Assembly: GCA_951406725.2 (NCBI GenBank)
Contig: OX597814.1
Span: forward strand, 56,110,001-56,174,000
Length of the DNA: 64,000 nt
Source: Octopus vulgaris
Lineage: Eukaryota
Reading direction: 5' to 3'
Shown: piece by piece, positions 13,405-26,600 of the stretch
How the letters are laid out: every line of letters begins with the position of its first letter
Numbering within the stretch: the first letter of the stretch is position 1
Translations under genes and position numbers: made by a program
The notes under the pieces: generated by a model
What the model saw: the letters and a program-made list of their open reading frames with translations, nothing else
Databases searched by the model: none
What the model was told of the DNA's origin: nothing

Positions 13405-16153
13405 CAGGACCAGATTTAAAACATGGTGCCTGAGGGATTTATGCACAAGAATTGAAATCTTGGAAAATTACTAAATTTAGATCTCAAAATCCATCTATTG
13501 CATGTAATTAAATTTCATGAGTTAGCAGAGAAAGTTTAAATAGAAGACTGAAAATGTCGTTTGATAGATACACTTTTCAAAATTCTAATTTCGTTTTTCA
13601 CACATCCACTTGCAGTTTTGACTTTTTCTTTGTTGTGAAAAGCACAATGAAGGAGGAAGATATGTTTTTCTTCAATGCAAATTACAAGTGTTGCAAAATG
13701 GAGAATACAATAAAATGACAGAAAATTACAGGAATGAAATATTTTAGTGGTTGCTGCTGTTCCAAAGGCATGGTGGGAGTATGTGGGGGTGGAAGGGCAA
13801 ACATTTTGAAGACATGGATTTTAAAAATTCTTGTTTTAAAAGCTTTCCCTTCATTGTTTGGCTATGCATGAAAAAAGAAAAGGGGAAAATCCTGACAAAA
13901 ACAGGGTAATTCCAACTTATATGGGACAGCTATTCTGAAAGTCCACTTTTCCAGTAGGGGCACAATGAGTAATATTTACTGCGGGTTTTTTTTCTCCAAA
14001 TTTTCACTACCTTGTCAAAACTATATCAGCAAAGAAAAGACCTCTAAATGCATTAAAAACAGTATAACATATTCAGAACACTATTTCAGAGAATTATCTA
14101 TGTTCACTTTAGATGGGGTAAAACGAGTAAGACAAGGTGAGGTCAATTTACCTTTTCCATCCTTAGACATCAGAAAGATTAGAAAATCAATAAAATTTTT
14201 TAAATATCTTGGTCAAATGAAAGAAGATCATGCAAAAAGCGAAACTCATCTAAATCTAAAAACTAAGTATAAAATATTCTCTATAGTTTCTTCATGATCT
14301 GGTGAATTAGATCTCTTCCTGACATATATATATATATGTGTGTGTGTGTATGTATAATACATGCACCAACCAGATAAAGAGAAGAAATTTTTGTAATTAG
14401 TCATTACTCATTTTACCCCAATTTGGATATCACCTCTTTGAAAATTGTAAATGATCAAATTAGAAATTAGTGTGGGAAGAAAATTGACTTGGATTCCTAC
14501 AGAGAAAAGAATATTGATTGCTAAACAACAAAAATTACCCAGATAATTTATTAGTGACTTCAGTTACAATCGATTCAAATTTGAGAAAAAAAATTCCTTG
14601 CGAAAAGTACCTGCCGCCTGACTATGTTTCAAACTCTCTCAACTTCAACAACTATGCTGACCAACTTTTTACCTCCAAAGATAATGCAACAGTATAAAAT
14701 GGTAAAGCAATACTTGCAATGTAATAGTTTCAAACAGGTAAAAAGAAAATAACAAGTTGGAAATAACTCATTTTGCCCCAGTTATTAATTTTGCCCCACT
14801 CCTCTATAGTAATATTAAGTGTTTGACAAAATGACACAAAATGTAGAGAGTAAAAAAAACGAAGGTTTGATTTAATGAAAAACATTTGAAGATATATGCA
14901 ATAATTCTAAAATATTCTTTTAGCTGTTGAGAGATGTTATTTTATAATTCAAACTACCATTAAAACCCATGTGATTTATGCAGGTGATTTTCAGGATAAA
15001 ATTTGTTAACAAAAGCTTCTACTCATGTAAGATTCACACCTAAAAGTTTTCAGAATTGCTGATATAATCAGGGGAAAAAGGTTTTCAATTTAGTTGTATT
15101 TAGCATAATTTCACTTACTTACGATTAGATTTTATTAAATTTTCATTGTATAAAAATAATTTCTGTTTAACAGGTATCATATTGAAAGTTATTAAATTAC
15201 AAAGTATTTGTGTTGTTTATTGTAAATTTTACTTTACATTTCTTGCCCACAAGAAATTATGTCCAATCTTTAGCATACTGCTGTATGTCTTTTCAAATCA
15301 CAATCACTGGAAAAGTTGTTGATAAGAAGTACCAACAAAAACAAAACTGATAAATACACACAAGTATTGCAAATTAAGTTTAATTACCAATAAACATCAT
15401 CTTGGATGACACTTTACTCAACCAACAAAGGAAGATGATCGATCAAACTGATTATGTAAACAGAATTCTTTTCCACTTATTCTTATCGGAACCTTTGATA
15501 CGGAGTATTGAAATTTTAATTCCTTTCACACTTATAAAATGTCAAGCAAACTTAAAAATTTGTTATTACCATTATTGTCAGTATGAGAAGAACTTCTGAA
15601 TCACTTACTGTGAAGGAGAAATTAAATATGAGTTTCATTGCAACTCCAAGCAATGTAAAATATAGCCCAGATTGTGTTTACCTGCATGAATGTCAAACCA
15701 TTTAATAGTTTTTGTAAATTTATACAGAAAAAGTAAGCATTATACCGTCCAGCATAAATAAAAGTCAACTTCATTATGCGTATTTTAGCCATTACTTTTT
15801 CGATAAAAACCTATTCTGACATTAACTGAGTCAATTTCCAGTATGAATTTTTACGCTTTGTACTTCTTTTTACAAAAAAAAAAAAAAAAAAAACCTATTC
15901 TGACATTAACTGAGTCAATTTCCAGTATGAATTTTTACGCTTTGTACTTCTTTTTACAAAAAAAAAAAAAAAATTCTGGAAATGATCTACTCATGTAATT
16001 TATGCACCCCAATAGTTTATTTTTATTTTTGCGAAAGTGTGTAAATTACATGGATTTTTATGGTAAAGTGCAAATTTAAATTTTGGAACATATTCCTTAC
16101 TCGTTTTCAAAGTTTCCAATGCCTTACTGGAATAATAACATTTAGACCTGGCA

Positions 16154-16188
<35 letters not shown>

Positions 16189-16759
16189 CATGTGTGTGCA
16201 CACGCATGCACACATGCTTTTTATTTGCAAGTGGTCAAACCAAGGTCATTGCTCACTCATGCATTGAAAGAAGGAATTTAAGCTAAAAACAATAACTTCT
16301 TTCTTTCAGTCTCTTTATCTTTATCTTTATATCCATTTCTACACACACACATGCATGTTGTTTTCCTTTTCTCTGTTATTGTTTCAAAAGTAAGGGAATT
16401 GTAGCTGCTTTTGGGACTGGGTAGCAAACTATTTTTCTTAATTGAATAAATTGGTAACATGGAGAAATGTATAGTTATTTATCATAAAAAAGAATCCATT
16501 ACTTTTTTTTTTAGCAGTCAAGATATGTTTGTATATTGAAAGGGAACCTTTTCATGCAGGATTGCTGGGAGGTAGGGTTCCCCTGTATTGAGTGCCCCAT
16601 ACCCTTCATAGTAGGGTATGGAGAAAGTTTAAATGGTTTAAAGGGACAAAATGACCCCATCGGGCTGCATGTTATTATGTAAATTTATTATTATCTAATT
16701 TAATTTTTGAGGGGGCCCAAGGCAACCCAACCTCCCCCACCACCATAAATCCGGCTCTA
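13405..16759. mobile_element. Probable decayed hAT-like DNA transposon (~3.35 kb) splitting a family B SINE
   Basis: Ends CAGGACCAGATTTA ... TAAATCCGGCTCTA form an imperfect TIR. SINE 5' half lies at about 13245-13400 and 3' half at about 16860-17055. No transposase recognised. Confidence 0.5.
15810..15973. repeat. Tandem duplication of an ~84-bp unit ending in poly(A)
   Basis: CCTATTCTGAC...TTTTTAC-A(n) occurs twice and is identical apart from A-tract length. Confidence 0.95.
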
Positions 16760-17424
16760 GGCCTCCATTAAATATCTGCCATAGGCTGTAGCAACTTATT
16801 ATGTATCTGTTTCTCTCCCTTTTCTTATTTTTATATATGTGTGTGTATGTGTGTGTGTGATTGTTTCCACAACACTGTATGACAACTAGTGTTTGTTTAT
16901 GGCCTCCTCATGACTTAACAGTTCTGCAAAAGGGACTAGTAAAATAAATACGAGAACAAAAAGTGAAGGGCTGATTTATTTAAGTAAGCCCTTCCTTCAA
17001 GCAGTGTCTCAGCATGGCCACAGTCCCATGCATGAAACAAATAAAAGATAAAAAGATATGTAAATTTAATGGTTTGAAACTAAACACTGATAGGATACAT
17101 CTTCAAAAGTAATATAGTTCCTTGAATATATGAGAATGCAATATGTCTAATTATATAATCTGATGGATGAGAGATGTTAGGGATGATCTGAGAAGACAGA
17201 GAAACTGGTCTGTTGAATGATGATAACATAGATTTTGCTTGTTTTAAGGGTATAGAATGTGTCGTGACTTTAGTAGAAGAATAAAATAAAGGACAATGTG
17301 GGACACGGAGGTTTCATGTGAATTTATAGAAAATATGAGGAATTTCTCCTTTATTGCCTATCTTTTACTTGTCTTAGTCATTGGACTGCAGCCATGTCAG
17401 GGAACTGTTTTGAAGGGTTTAGAT

Positions 17425-17618
17425 CAGTGTTTCCCAACCTTTTTTCCCGGCGCCCCACTTTTTCATAGCAAAAGTTTTTACGCCCCACCTTTTCCCATGT
17501 CCACTCACATTTACAAGTACATGTGGGCCTACTCACAGCCCACGTCTATGCCCCGCGCCCCACCTGAATTTTCTCAGGCCCCACCAGTGGGGCGTACGCC
17601 CCACCTTGGGAATCACTG
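17425..17618. mobile_element. hAT (Charlie-type) MITE nested in a SINE
   Basis: TIR CAGTGTTTCCCAAC / CTTGGGAATCACTG. Perfect 8-bp TSD GTTTAGAT at 17417-17424 and 17619-17626. CpG-rich interior. Confidence 0.92.
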
Positions 17619-19399
17619 GTTTAGATGAACAAATCAACTCCCAGTATATATCTTTAAGTCTGTTGGTCTCTTTTGCCAAACTGCTAAGTTGCAAGCATGT
17701 AAATCAACTGACACCAGTTGTCAAGTGGTAGTGGGGGGAAATACAAGCACAAACACACACACACACACACAATAGGCTTCCACACAGTTTCTATTTATCA
17801 GATTCACTTATAAGACATTGGTTTGCCTGAGACTGTTGTAGAACCTGAAACAAGATAGTTACAAATCAGGCTTCTTGACTGCACAGATGAAGTGTATGAG
17901 GTATGATTGATTAAATTATCAATTGTTTATGAGTAAATGTGGTGCAAAGATGTAGGATTACTTTTGTATTTTGGTAGGGACATCAAATGATTGATGGTAC
18001 CTCAGAAATTGCTTGTATCATCATCACGTTACATCTGTTTTCCATGCTGGCATGGGTTGGAGAGCTTGACAGGTGTTGCACCAGGCTTCACTATCTGTTT
18101 TGGCATGTTTTTTACTGCTGGATGCCCTTCCTAATGCCAACCACCTTACATAGTGGACTGAGAGCTTTTTTATGTGTCACTAGAACCATCAAGGTCTGTT
18201 TTGGCATGACTTTTACAGCTGGATGCCCTTCCTAATGCCAACTACTTTACGGAGATAGCCTGGGTCCTTTTTAGGTGGCACTAACACCCAGTGTATATTT
18301 TTAAATCCTATCTACCAACACTTTATACTAATTAATGATGGCAATTTATTGAAAACTTTCTAGAAGTAGCTACCAAGTCTAATCTCAAATCATACCATAC
18401 AATCTTCAAAAAGGAAAGACACAATGGACTATGTAGTTCCAGATACATTATGTCTGACTAAAAGTTGTGATACTGTTAATAATAGTTCAATACAATCAGG
18501 CTGAGCAAGAGTTAAACAATAACTACTACTAATTATCAGTGATTATTATGCTTATCATGTATTGTATGTAGATTATTGAATTACCTTTATAGTCACTTAA
18601 GGAGTTGTTTTGGCTTGTTCTATTGATATTATCAAACCACAGTTGACTGTTGTTAGTTATCTGTGTTGAGATCCTCAGTTAATATATTTAAATACAGTGT
18701 TGTTATCATTATCATTTTTATGCCTACTTTTCTATGCTGGCTGTTTTATGGCTGGTTTTTCAGTTCTTGATGTCAACTCCTTTTATCTGTTACTTATGGC
18801 ATGCGGAAATATGGTAAATGCCAGCAACACTGACAGGAATAATACCCACTTCTGGACCTGTGATAATTACAATCATTACATCACATCCCATTTATCCCCC
18901 CCACCATAAACCAAACTACCTCACACCATGCTCTACACCTATATGTCACTCCCTTGCTTATGCAGCTTACCTCACCTTGTCATCTTTCTCTCTTGTCCTC
19001 TCCTTCTTAAATGTATCATTACTATCCTGCTGCACCTCCCCCATCCACTCCTTTCTATATCCTTCTATCTTCCATAACTTGTGACTCATCGGTTTCACCC
19101 TTCAAATTTTTTTTTTTTTACAGTTGTAAGCTGTCTCTCCATGCCCTCTTCTCCCGTTCTCCATACAATCTTAAAAAACCCACTTATTTCTTCTCACTTT
19201 AGGCCTTGAAGGGTCACCTGAATACCTTATCTCTAATATATATCTCTTCACAACTCCTACTGATCATTCTCTCCCTCCTTTACCAAATGTGAGTAACCAC
19301 ACAGTTCGCAGTTCTATTACAAGAGCCTGTTCTGCACTCCAAATCTTCCTTTCATACTTTAACACCTTATTCTCTAGCATAAAACAGGACTTGTCTCCC

Positions 19400-19630
19400 T
19401 CAAGGTTTGTAGTCTTGTGAGCTGCATGGTGACCTCAAAAGTGCTGGTGGCAAGAAAAAAATGTATACAGTACTATGTGAAGTGGCTGATGTTAGGAAGA
19501 ACATACAGCTGTAGAAACTTTACCAGAACAGACATTGCAGCACAATGCATCATTGTCCTTTGAGCCATTGGGTCCTATCAAACTGTCCAACCCATGCCAG
19601 CATGGAACATGGACATTAAATGATGATGTA
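19400..19630 (+). mobile_element. Family C retroposon with RTE-like 3' tail ending in (GAT)n
   Basis: Ends CCAACCCATGCCAGCATGGAACATGGACATTAAATGATGATG. Related copies at about 18017-18290, 26583-26790, 30061-30335, 44035-44170 and 61660-61970. Confidence 0.65.
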
Positions 19631-20089
19631 TACGTATATATTACATACACACACACACACACATCATTTTTATAAGTGGTATTTCAAACAATGTAATTAA
19701 TAATACTAAGTAAAGAATACTCATTATGTCACGTAGAATAAATGTATAATATAGTTAAAGTTGACTACTTTTTCATTATTTTGAGTTTTTTTTCTGGACA
19801 GCAATCATCAGATGATATGTCAAGTGGGGAATATCTCCTGAATTAATAATGGCTTTTTATTAAAGGAAATCATGTTGTTCTATAAGGGTTGTTCTTTTGA
19901 TTTGAAATGCATTGGTTGTAATACTACTTGCAAATATATATGTATACTAAAAACCTATGTAGTGTCTAGAAGCATTATGTTTGGTGATCATTATTGCAAC
20001 AGAGTAGAAAGCCTCATAATTCATTATTAAGGTTTCTACTCTGTTTAAATGTGTGTGTGTGTGCATATATATGTATGTATATATATATG

Positions 20090-21341
20090 CAGACATGACA
20101 GAGGCAAATAGACACCCCATTAAACATCGTTTCATATTTATTTTAACTTGAAAAGATCTGTATTTTTTATTAATTGACATTTTTATGTTTCTAGTTCTAT
20201 ATGTGACAGTTTAATCATGCCACATACAAAAGAAGCTTTGGAACTGTCCGAATTTCAAAGAGGCTGTATTGTGGGTCAATCTGAAGGTGAACATAGCGTA
20301 AAATCACAGAAAACCTTGGGATCCCACTTTCTACTGTTAATAGAATAACTGTGCAATTCACCTGAGAGGGGAAGAAGTCCACATCCCCTTGCCCAGGTTG
20401 ACTAGGGCCCTCTGACCAGCACCCTTTGCTTTGTTAAGAGAAGTGTGGAAGTTAATCCTTATTGCAAGGCCTCTGATATAGCAGAACAAATTGATGTCAG
20501 TCCCAGAACAGTTGTCAGGTATCTTCACAAACTTGGCTGCTATGGCAGAGCAGCAAGAAGGAAGTTACTTCCTCGACCAGCCAATATCAAGTGGGGAAAA
20601 GATTGGGCCAGTGAGATGATGGAGAGGTCACTAGCATTTTGGTACACTGTCATTCTCTGAGGAGTCCAGATTTGTTCTATTTTCTGACAGCAGTCAAGTA
20701 TGAGTCTGTCAACTCTGTGATCAAGAGTTTAACTGGAAAAGATTGCAGCCAACAATGAAACATAATGGCTATTCTGTGATGGTCTGGAGAGCAGTTTGGA
20801 GCAATAGTTGATCAGAGATAGTGGAGTGTGAGAGAAACATAAACTCAGATAAATATGTGTCCACATTTCAGAAAGGACTTCCAATCTTCCCTGGTGGTGA
20901 AATCATTAAAGAAGTCTCTTTATTTATGGAAGATGGGGCCCCTTGGCTAAAAAGGCTTGAGATTGGTTGGAAAAGAATAGCATTAAAAAGCTTCCATGGC
21001 CAAGCAAGTCACCATATATGAACCCTATTGAACACTTCTGGGGCACAATGGACAGGACACTTCATAAAAAGAACAAGAAAGCATCCTCAAATCCAGATCT
21101 TTTGAGATTACTGCATGATACTTAGCAAGAAATTCTTCAAGAGAATATTCGTCATCTGATCAGTAGCATGCCTAATAGGATCCTTGCATTGAAAAATGCA
21201 ATGGGAATGTCTACTAAATATTAGATATTCATTTTTTATTAATTATAATAAATAATTATAATAAATAATTTGAATGTATAATTTCAAATTTAAATAAATT
21301 TTTACGATGACAAGGGTGTCTATTTACTTCTGTTATGTCTG
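20090..21341 (+). mobile_element. Full-length decayed Tc1-like transposon
   Basis: 28-bp TIRs (20090-20117 and 21314-21341, 3 mismatches), TA at the right flank, transposase pseudogene inside. Confidence 0.93.
20217..21224 (+). pseudogene. Tc1 (DDE) transposase pseudogene
   Basis: MPHTKEALELSEFQRGCIVG..YGRAARRKLL..ESRF..VMVWRA..FMEDGAP..WPSKSPYMNPIEHFW..TKY*. Multiple stops and frameshifts. Confidence 0.9.
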
Positions 21342-22375
21342 TATATATTATATGTGTATGTATCCATGATATTTCCTCCCTCCAGTTGTAGAGATTTAAT
21401 GTTCCTCTGGCCGTTTGGGTCTGACATGTTGCCTATACAGCTAACCACTTTACAAGTGTGAAACCAATAGTTGTGCTCTGACTGGCCATAACTACCAACC
21501 TTCTATAAACACATACATACACACACACATTTTCATATAAGCACAATTGCATTCTGAAACATATATTTGTATGTGTATGTTATCATTATCATCATCGTTT
21601 TAACATCCACTTTTCTATGCTTGCATGGTTCAGATGGAATTCTTTGAAACAATTATTTCCCCGTGGTTAGATGTGTTTTTTTTTCCATAGAAGACCAAAA
21701 ACAAATGATACAAATTGTAATGCTTGTTTACAAATATGAAACAATATCAAGACTGGAAAACACAAACATACACACATATGACTGTGTGTGTATGCATGTG
21801 TGTTTGCATTCCCTTGTCCACTCAGATTGCTTTAGTTAGCCTGTAGCTATAGTAGAAAATACTTGCCTAAGATGCTGTGCTGAGCAACTGGACCTGAAAC
21901 AATGTGGTTGGAAAGCAAACTTCATAACCATACAGTCATACTTCACCTGTGTGTGTGTATTTGTGGTGTTTGCATATCTCTACAACATTCTTGCTATGAT
22001 ATTTGTAATGTACTCTTAGCTGATTTGCTCTGATTGAGTAAGACTAGTATGATTAAGATCACTTCCTCTCTGTTCCTTTTTCTCATTCAAAACCATAAGC
22101 CATAACATACTTGATATCATGACTGAGTTACACGCTAAAACTAAATGATTTGAAAATCACAGTTGCCCCTCATTGCTCAGAGCCTATATCCACAAACCAA
22201 TCAAATATTGCCTTAATGCTCAATAATGAGATCACTAAGTAAACTCTGTCTAAAACTAGCATCTTCAGTCTCCTTGAGTCACTCAGCCTTGTCAGAATTT
22301 ACAGCAAAAGACCTGATGGAATAACCATGTTTTACTGGAAGTTGGATGCCACTGTTTTTTTTATATACATTTACT

Positions 22376-22690
22376 AGATGTAGGTATGTGGCTTATAGGT
22401 TAGGGTATTCGACCCATGATCGTAAGGTTATGAGTTCGATATTCTTGGTGGTGTGTTGTGTCCTTGGGTGCTTTATTTCACATTGCTCAAGTCCACTCAG
22501 CTAGCAGAAATGAGTAGTACATGTATTTCAAAGGGCCAGCCTTATCACATTGTGTCATGCTGATTCTCCTTGAGAACTACATGAAAGCTATGTGTGTCTG
22601 TCTAGTGCTCAGCTACTTGCATATTAATTTAACGTGCAGGCTGTTCCCTTGATAGGATCAACTGGGACCCTCATCATTTATGGCCAGTAG
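22376..22690 (+). mobile_element. tRNA-derived SINE, family D
   Basis: tRNA-like head (GTGGCTTATAGGTTAGGG..GAGTTCGAT), then GTTGTGTCCTTGGG and GTCCACTCAGCT..AAATGAGTA. Related copy at about 32045-32300. Confidence 0.7.
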
Positions 22691-22737
22691 ATAACACCAT
22701 CTTTGATTCATCAGTGTTAATGAAAGCAGAAGTTAAT

Positions 22738-22952
22738 GGTTTCAAGTTTTGGCACAAGGCCAGCAATTTTAGGGGAGAGGTTAAGTTAATTACTTTGACC
22801 CCAGTGTTGAACTGGTATTTATTTTATTGACCTTGAAAGGATGAAAGTACTGCTGACCTCAGCTGTATTTGAACACAGTTTGTGATGAGTTGGAAGAAAT
22901 GCTGCTAAGCATTTTGTCCTGCATGCTAACAATTTTGCTAGCTTGCCACCTT
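22738..22952 (-). mobile_element. Family A SINE with 18-bp TSD
   Basis: TSD ATGAAAGCAGAAGTTAAT (22720-22737) / ATGAAAACAGGAGCTAAT (22953-22970). Confidence 0.88.
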
Positions 22953-23454
22953 ATGAAAACAGGAGCTAATAAAGGCAATAATTATAACAGCCTGACTTAC
23001 AATTATCTTTTTCAGTTGGTACTCTGAAGTCAAGCTGAGTTAACTTTTTCCCTTAACACTAACAATATTTTGAACTTGCAGTTAAAATAGCCAGGGCAAC
23101 CATAAAGACACAGAAGAATAATTAATTCCAAAAGAAAATTTCCATTTCCATAATAAGGAGCAATTCCATTAGTGTAGTGTTTTCAAGTGTTACTTAGCTT
23201 CTTATATAGTAATGATCTTCTCTTTATAGATTACACAGCAGGTTTTTTTTTTTTTTTTTTTTCTAGAAAGAGTTAAATGAAACATATATATGATCTATCC
23301 ACATCGTGTGAACTATTCTGAAGTCATTCTGAAATGAAATTCTGTAAGAGGAGTTTTAAATTAAATATGTCAAAACATTAACAACTCTTTCAGTAAAACT
23401 GAATGATGCTTGAAGGAAGATTTTTTAATATCATGTCACCATCATTAAAAAGGA

Positions 23455-23665
23455 AAATGTATGTATGGATGTATGGATGGATGGATGCATGCATGTCTGT
23501 CCGTATGTATTTATGTATATATGTATGTATGCATGCATGTATGTATGTATGTATGCATGTATGCCTGTCTGTATGTATTTAAGTATATATGTATGTATGC
23601 ATGCATGTCTGTCCGTATGTATGTATGTATGTATGTATATCCATTCATATGTATGTATGTATGAA
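23455..23665. repeat. Degenerate (ATGT)n microsatellite
   Basis: Directly visible tetranucleotide periodicity. Confidence 0.95.
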
Positions 23666-26600
23666 TGAATGATAAAGAATTATCTGTGTTATTGTCTTTA
23701 CGTCATGGAAACAATGACAAATAGGTAAACTTGTCAGAATTTAATTAAATAAATAACTTTATCATAATAAAGTTGGTGTTTGGAACAAAGAGGTTTCAAT
23801 AAAGAATTTACTTTAAATACAAACTTCTTAAACAAAAGGTTTCTATCAAAAAAAAGTTGAGTGATTTTGGCTACCATATTGATCATGTCAAACAGTTACA
23901 TAGAAGCTTTTTTGTTGAAATCAATAAACATATTCAGGAGCAAATTTGGAACAAAAGATTAAGTATATTGTTTTTAAATTAGAGGATTTAGGTATAGTAT
24001 TTTTGTTAAAATGGAGGTAAATAATGTTGTGAGGTTTAAACTGCTTGTCAAGATTTAGAAAAATCTCCATGTATATTAACATAGAGCAGTTGTTCTTAAT
24101 AAGAACTGTAGCATCACTTTGGAGCATTGTGAGCTCACAAGGGGGTACTATGTTTAAATGGGTCACCTTTACCTTTTACTTGTTTCAATCACTGAAGTGT
24201 GGCTATGCTGAGGCACTGCCTTGAAGGGCTTAGTTGTACAAGTTGACCTCAGTACTCATTTTTTATGTTTGGTACTTATACTATCATTCTCTTTTGTTGA
24301 ACCACTAAGTAAGTAAGACATAAACAAACCAACACTGGTATGGGGAACACAGACACACACACACACACACACACATTCAAGTAAATTCCACACACCTGCC
24401 TACCAAATTCACTCATACGGTATTAGTTGGCCAGACGTTATAGTGGAAGACACTTAAGAAGCCATGCCATGAGACTGAACTCAAAACCACATGGTTTCAA
24501 ATCAAGCTTCCTAACCACACATCCATGTCTATACCTATGAGAATTTTCTTAGAAATAAAATATTTACTGTTAGTATAATTCTTACATTCTAAACATATTT
24601 CCAAGAAAATTTTTGTCAGGATTAAAATATGAATAAGATATTGTGTTACTAGTGAGCAGAAATATGATTGATGATGCACCTAAGTCTAATATAATTTTAT
24701 ATAATTCTTTGTCTGCTTCAATAATCTTCATTAAAATTTAACGTAGGAGGCACTAGTTCATGCTAATATCTAAAAGAGGCTGTTAGAAAATAAGAATAAT
24801 AAACCTCTACATAAATTGAAATAATTTCCTTTCCTGCAAAACTTTAGAATGAACATTTGTAAAACATCATTCTGAGAAGGAAGTAGGTGCAATGAGCTAT
24901 GTACAAAAGACTGAAAACCACTGACGTAGAGCTGAAGTCACAAGGATAATAAAGATGACGAATTAGTAAGTAGACTTATTGGGTGACTTATTGTTACAAA
25001 GTTATTTGAAAGAAATAAATAGTTATTGACAATTTAGTTATCAATGCACTAGAAAGTATAGTTTCATACCTTTTACATAAGATGTCATATTGATTTTGTT
25101 TTTCATTGCATAAAACTGCATTTGTAACTCGATATTGTTCATTGTTCAAATTTTTATACCAATTGAATATACATGTCAATGTTCAGTTATAGTTTAATAC
25201 AGTCTCCTGCCAAAAGAATTGTTTATTTCATCAATGATTAATGCAGATTTTCTTCTTTTTTGTTTTTCATCTAAATGTGAATGTCTTTTTGCATTGTTTA
25301 TACCGAAATGAAAGTGGGTACTTATCTACTTTTGTTATGTTACTGAACACTTACTAAACCAGATAAGTTAACTATGATGTAAAATACCATACAATAGGTG
25401 CCAAATAGTTTTTCTTACAAATCATGACAATATCATATACAGAGACCAAAACTTTCAAATATTCATTGTTAGGAATTCTTTTCTACAAAAGATACTAATA
25501 AAATAAGTATCATCATCATCATCATCATTGTTTAATGTCCAATGATGAAAGTTTTGGTCTCTGTATATGAGGTCTTAAAAATTAAGTATTGCAATTTATT
25601 TGTTTCACTAAGCCTTTCAAGGTGGAGCAATCCAAAGATTGAAACAACTAAAAGATGAGAGGCTTATCTGTAGAAAGCTGGCAATGATTTTGTATGGTGA
25701 TGATGATGATGACGGTTCTGTGTAATATTCACTATGTTTTTGAGACTAATACTTGATTCACTAATAGTTCTGAGGTTGATGTTCTGTCTATTATTATTAT
25801 ATCTGGGGGCCAGTGCTTTCAATCTATCCTTTTATCCTTTATTTAATTTACTCTTTTAAGTGTGTTAGATCAGAGCACTGACCTAACACCACCATCAGCA
25901 ATAACAAAAGCAGTGAGCCAGTGAGGGATCTTCTATACAGTAACTTGACCTGTTAGAAATAACCAAATGTTTTTCAAATTTTAAGCCACTGCCTTAAAAG
26001 AGGAAAGACAAGACCTGCATACACTAAAAGATAAGGTGGTCATGGCTTGAATGCTACCTTGGATGAACTTGCTTCAGATATTAATGTGTTAAACAACAAC
26101 AATAACAAGAACTATAGCAATGACAAGTGATACCCAGATACATGACAGACTGTTGTAACTGAGAATTGTTAAAATTCCTAGGCTGCCTGTGTCACTCTAC
26201 AAGGTGGTCAATTATGAAATTTATCAAAATTCAGTCATCCACGTAGTCTAGCTTTTAGTTACAATATATTCTAAGAGTTGCCTAGAAAACCACTGCTGTA
26301 TTCTTTTAAAAATTTACCTTGAAGTTGTTAAGTTTATGTTGGTTTGTAGTTTCTCCATTGGTCTATAGGTCTGATGGGCTTTTATATTTTTGTTTTCTAC
26401 ATTAGGTTTTTTTTTATGTTTATGTCTCATTTTGTTTTCATTTTTTCATAGTGGCATGGTTTGAACGATACTTTTTGAGGCAGTGTTTTAAAGCCAGATG
26501 TCTTTTCTGGTGTATAATGTATCTATTAGAAAATAACTGGGAAGCCTAAATATATATAAATATTTCAACCTAGGAATGAATATCATCATTTAATGTCTAT

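Larger units (their letters stand above)
22130..23200 (+). mobile_element. Highly decayed 3' fragment of an RLE-type (CRE-like) non-LTR element, interrupted by two SINEs
   Basis: LNNEITK*TLSKTSIFSLLESLSLVRIYSKRPDGITMFYWK..DATV (about 22220-22355) and FQKKISISIIRSNSISV (about 23125-23180) resemble the KRPDG...WDAT and QRISIAIQRGNA motifs. Confidence 0.65.
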
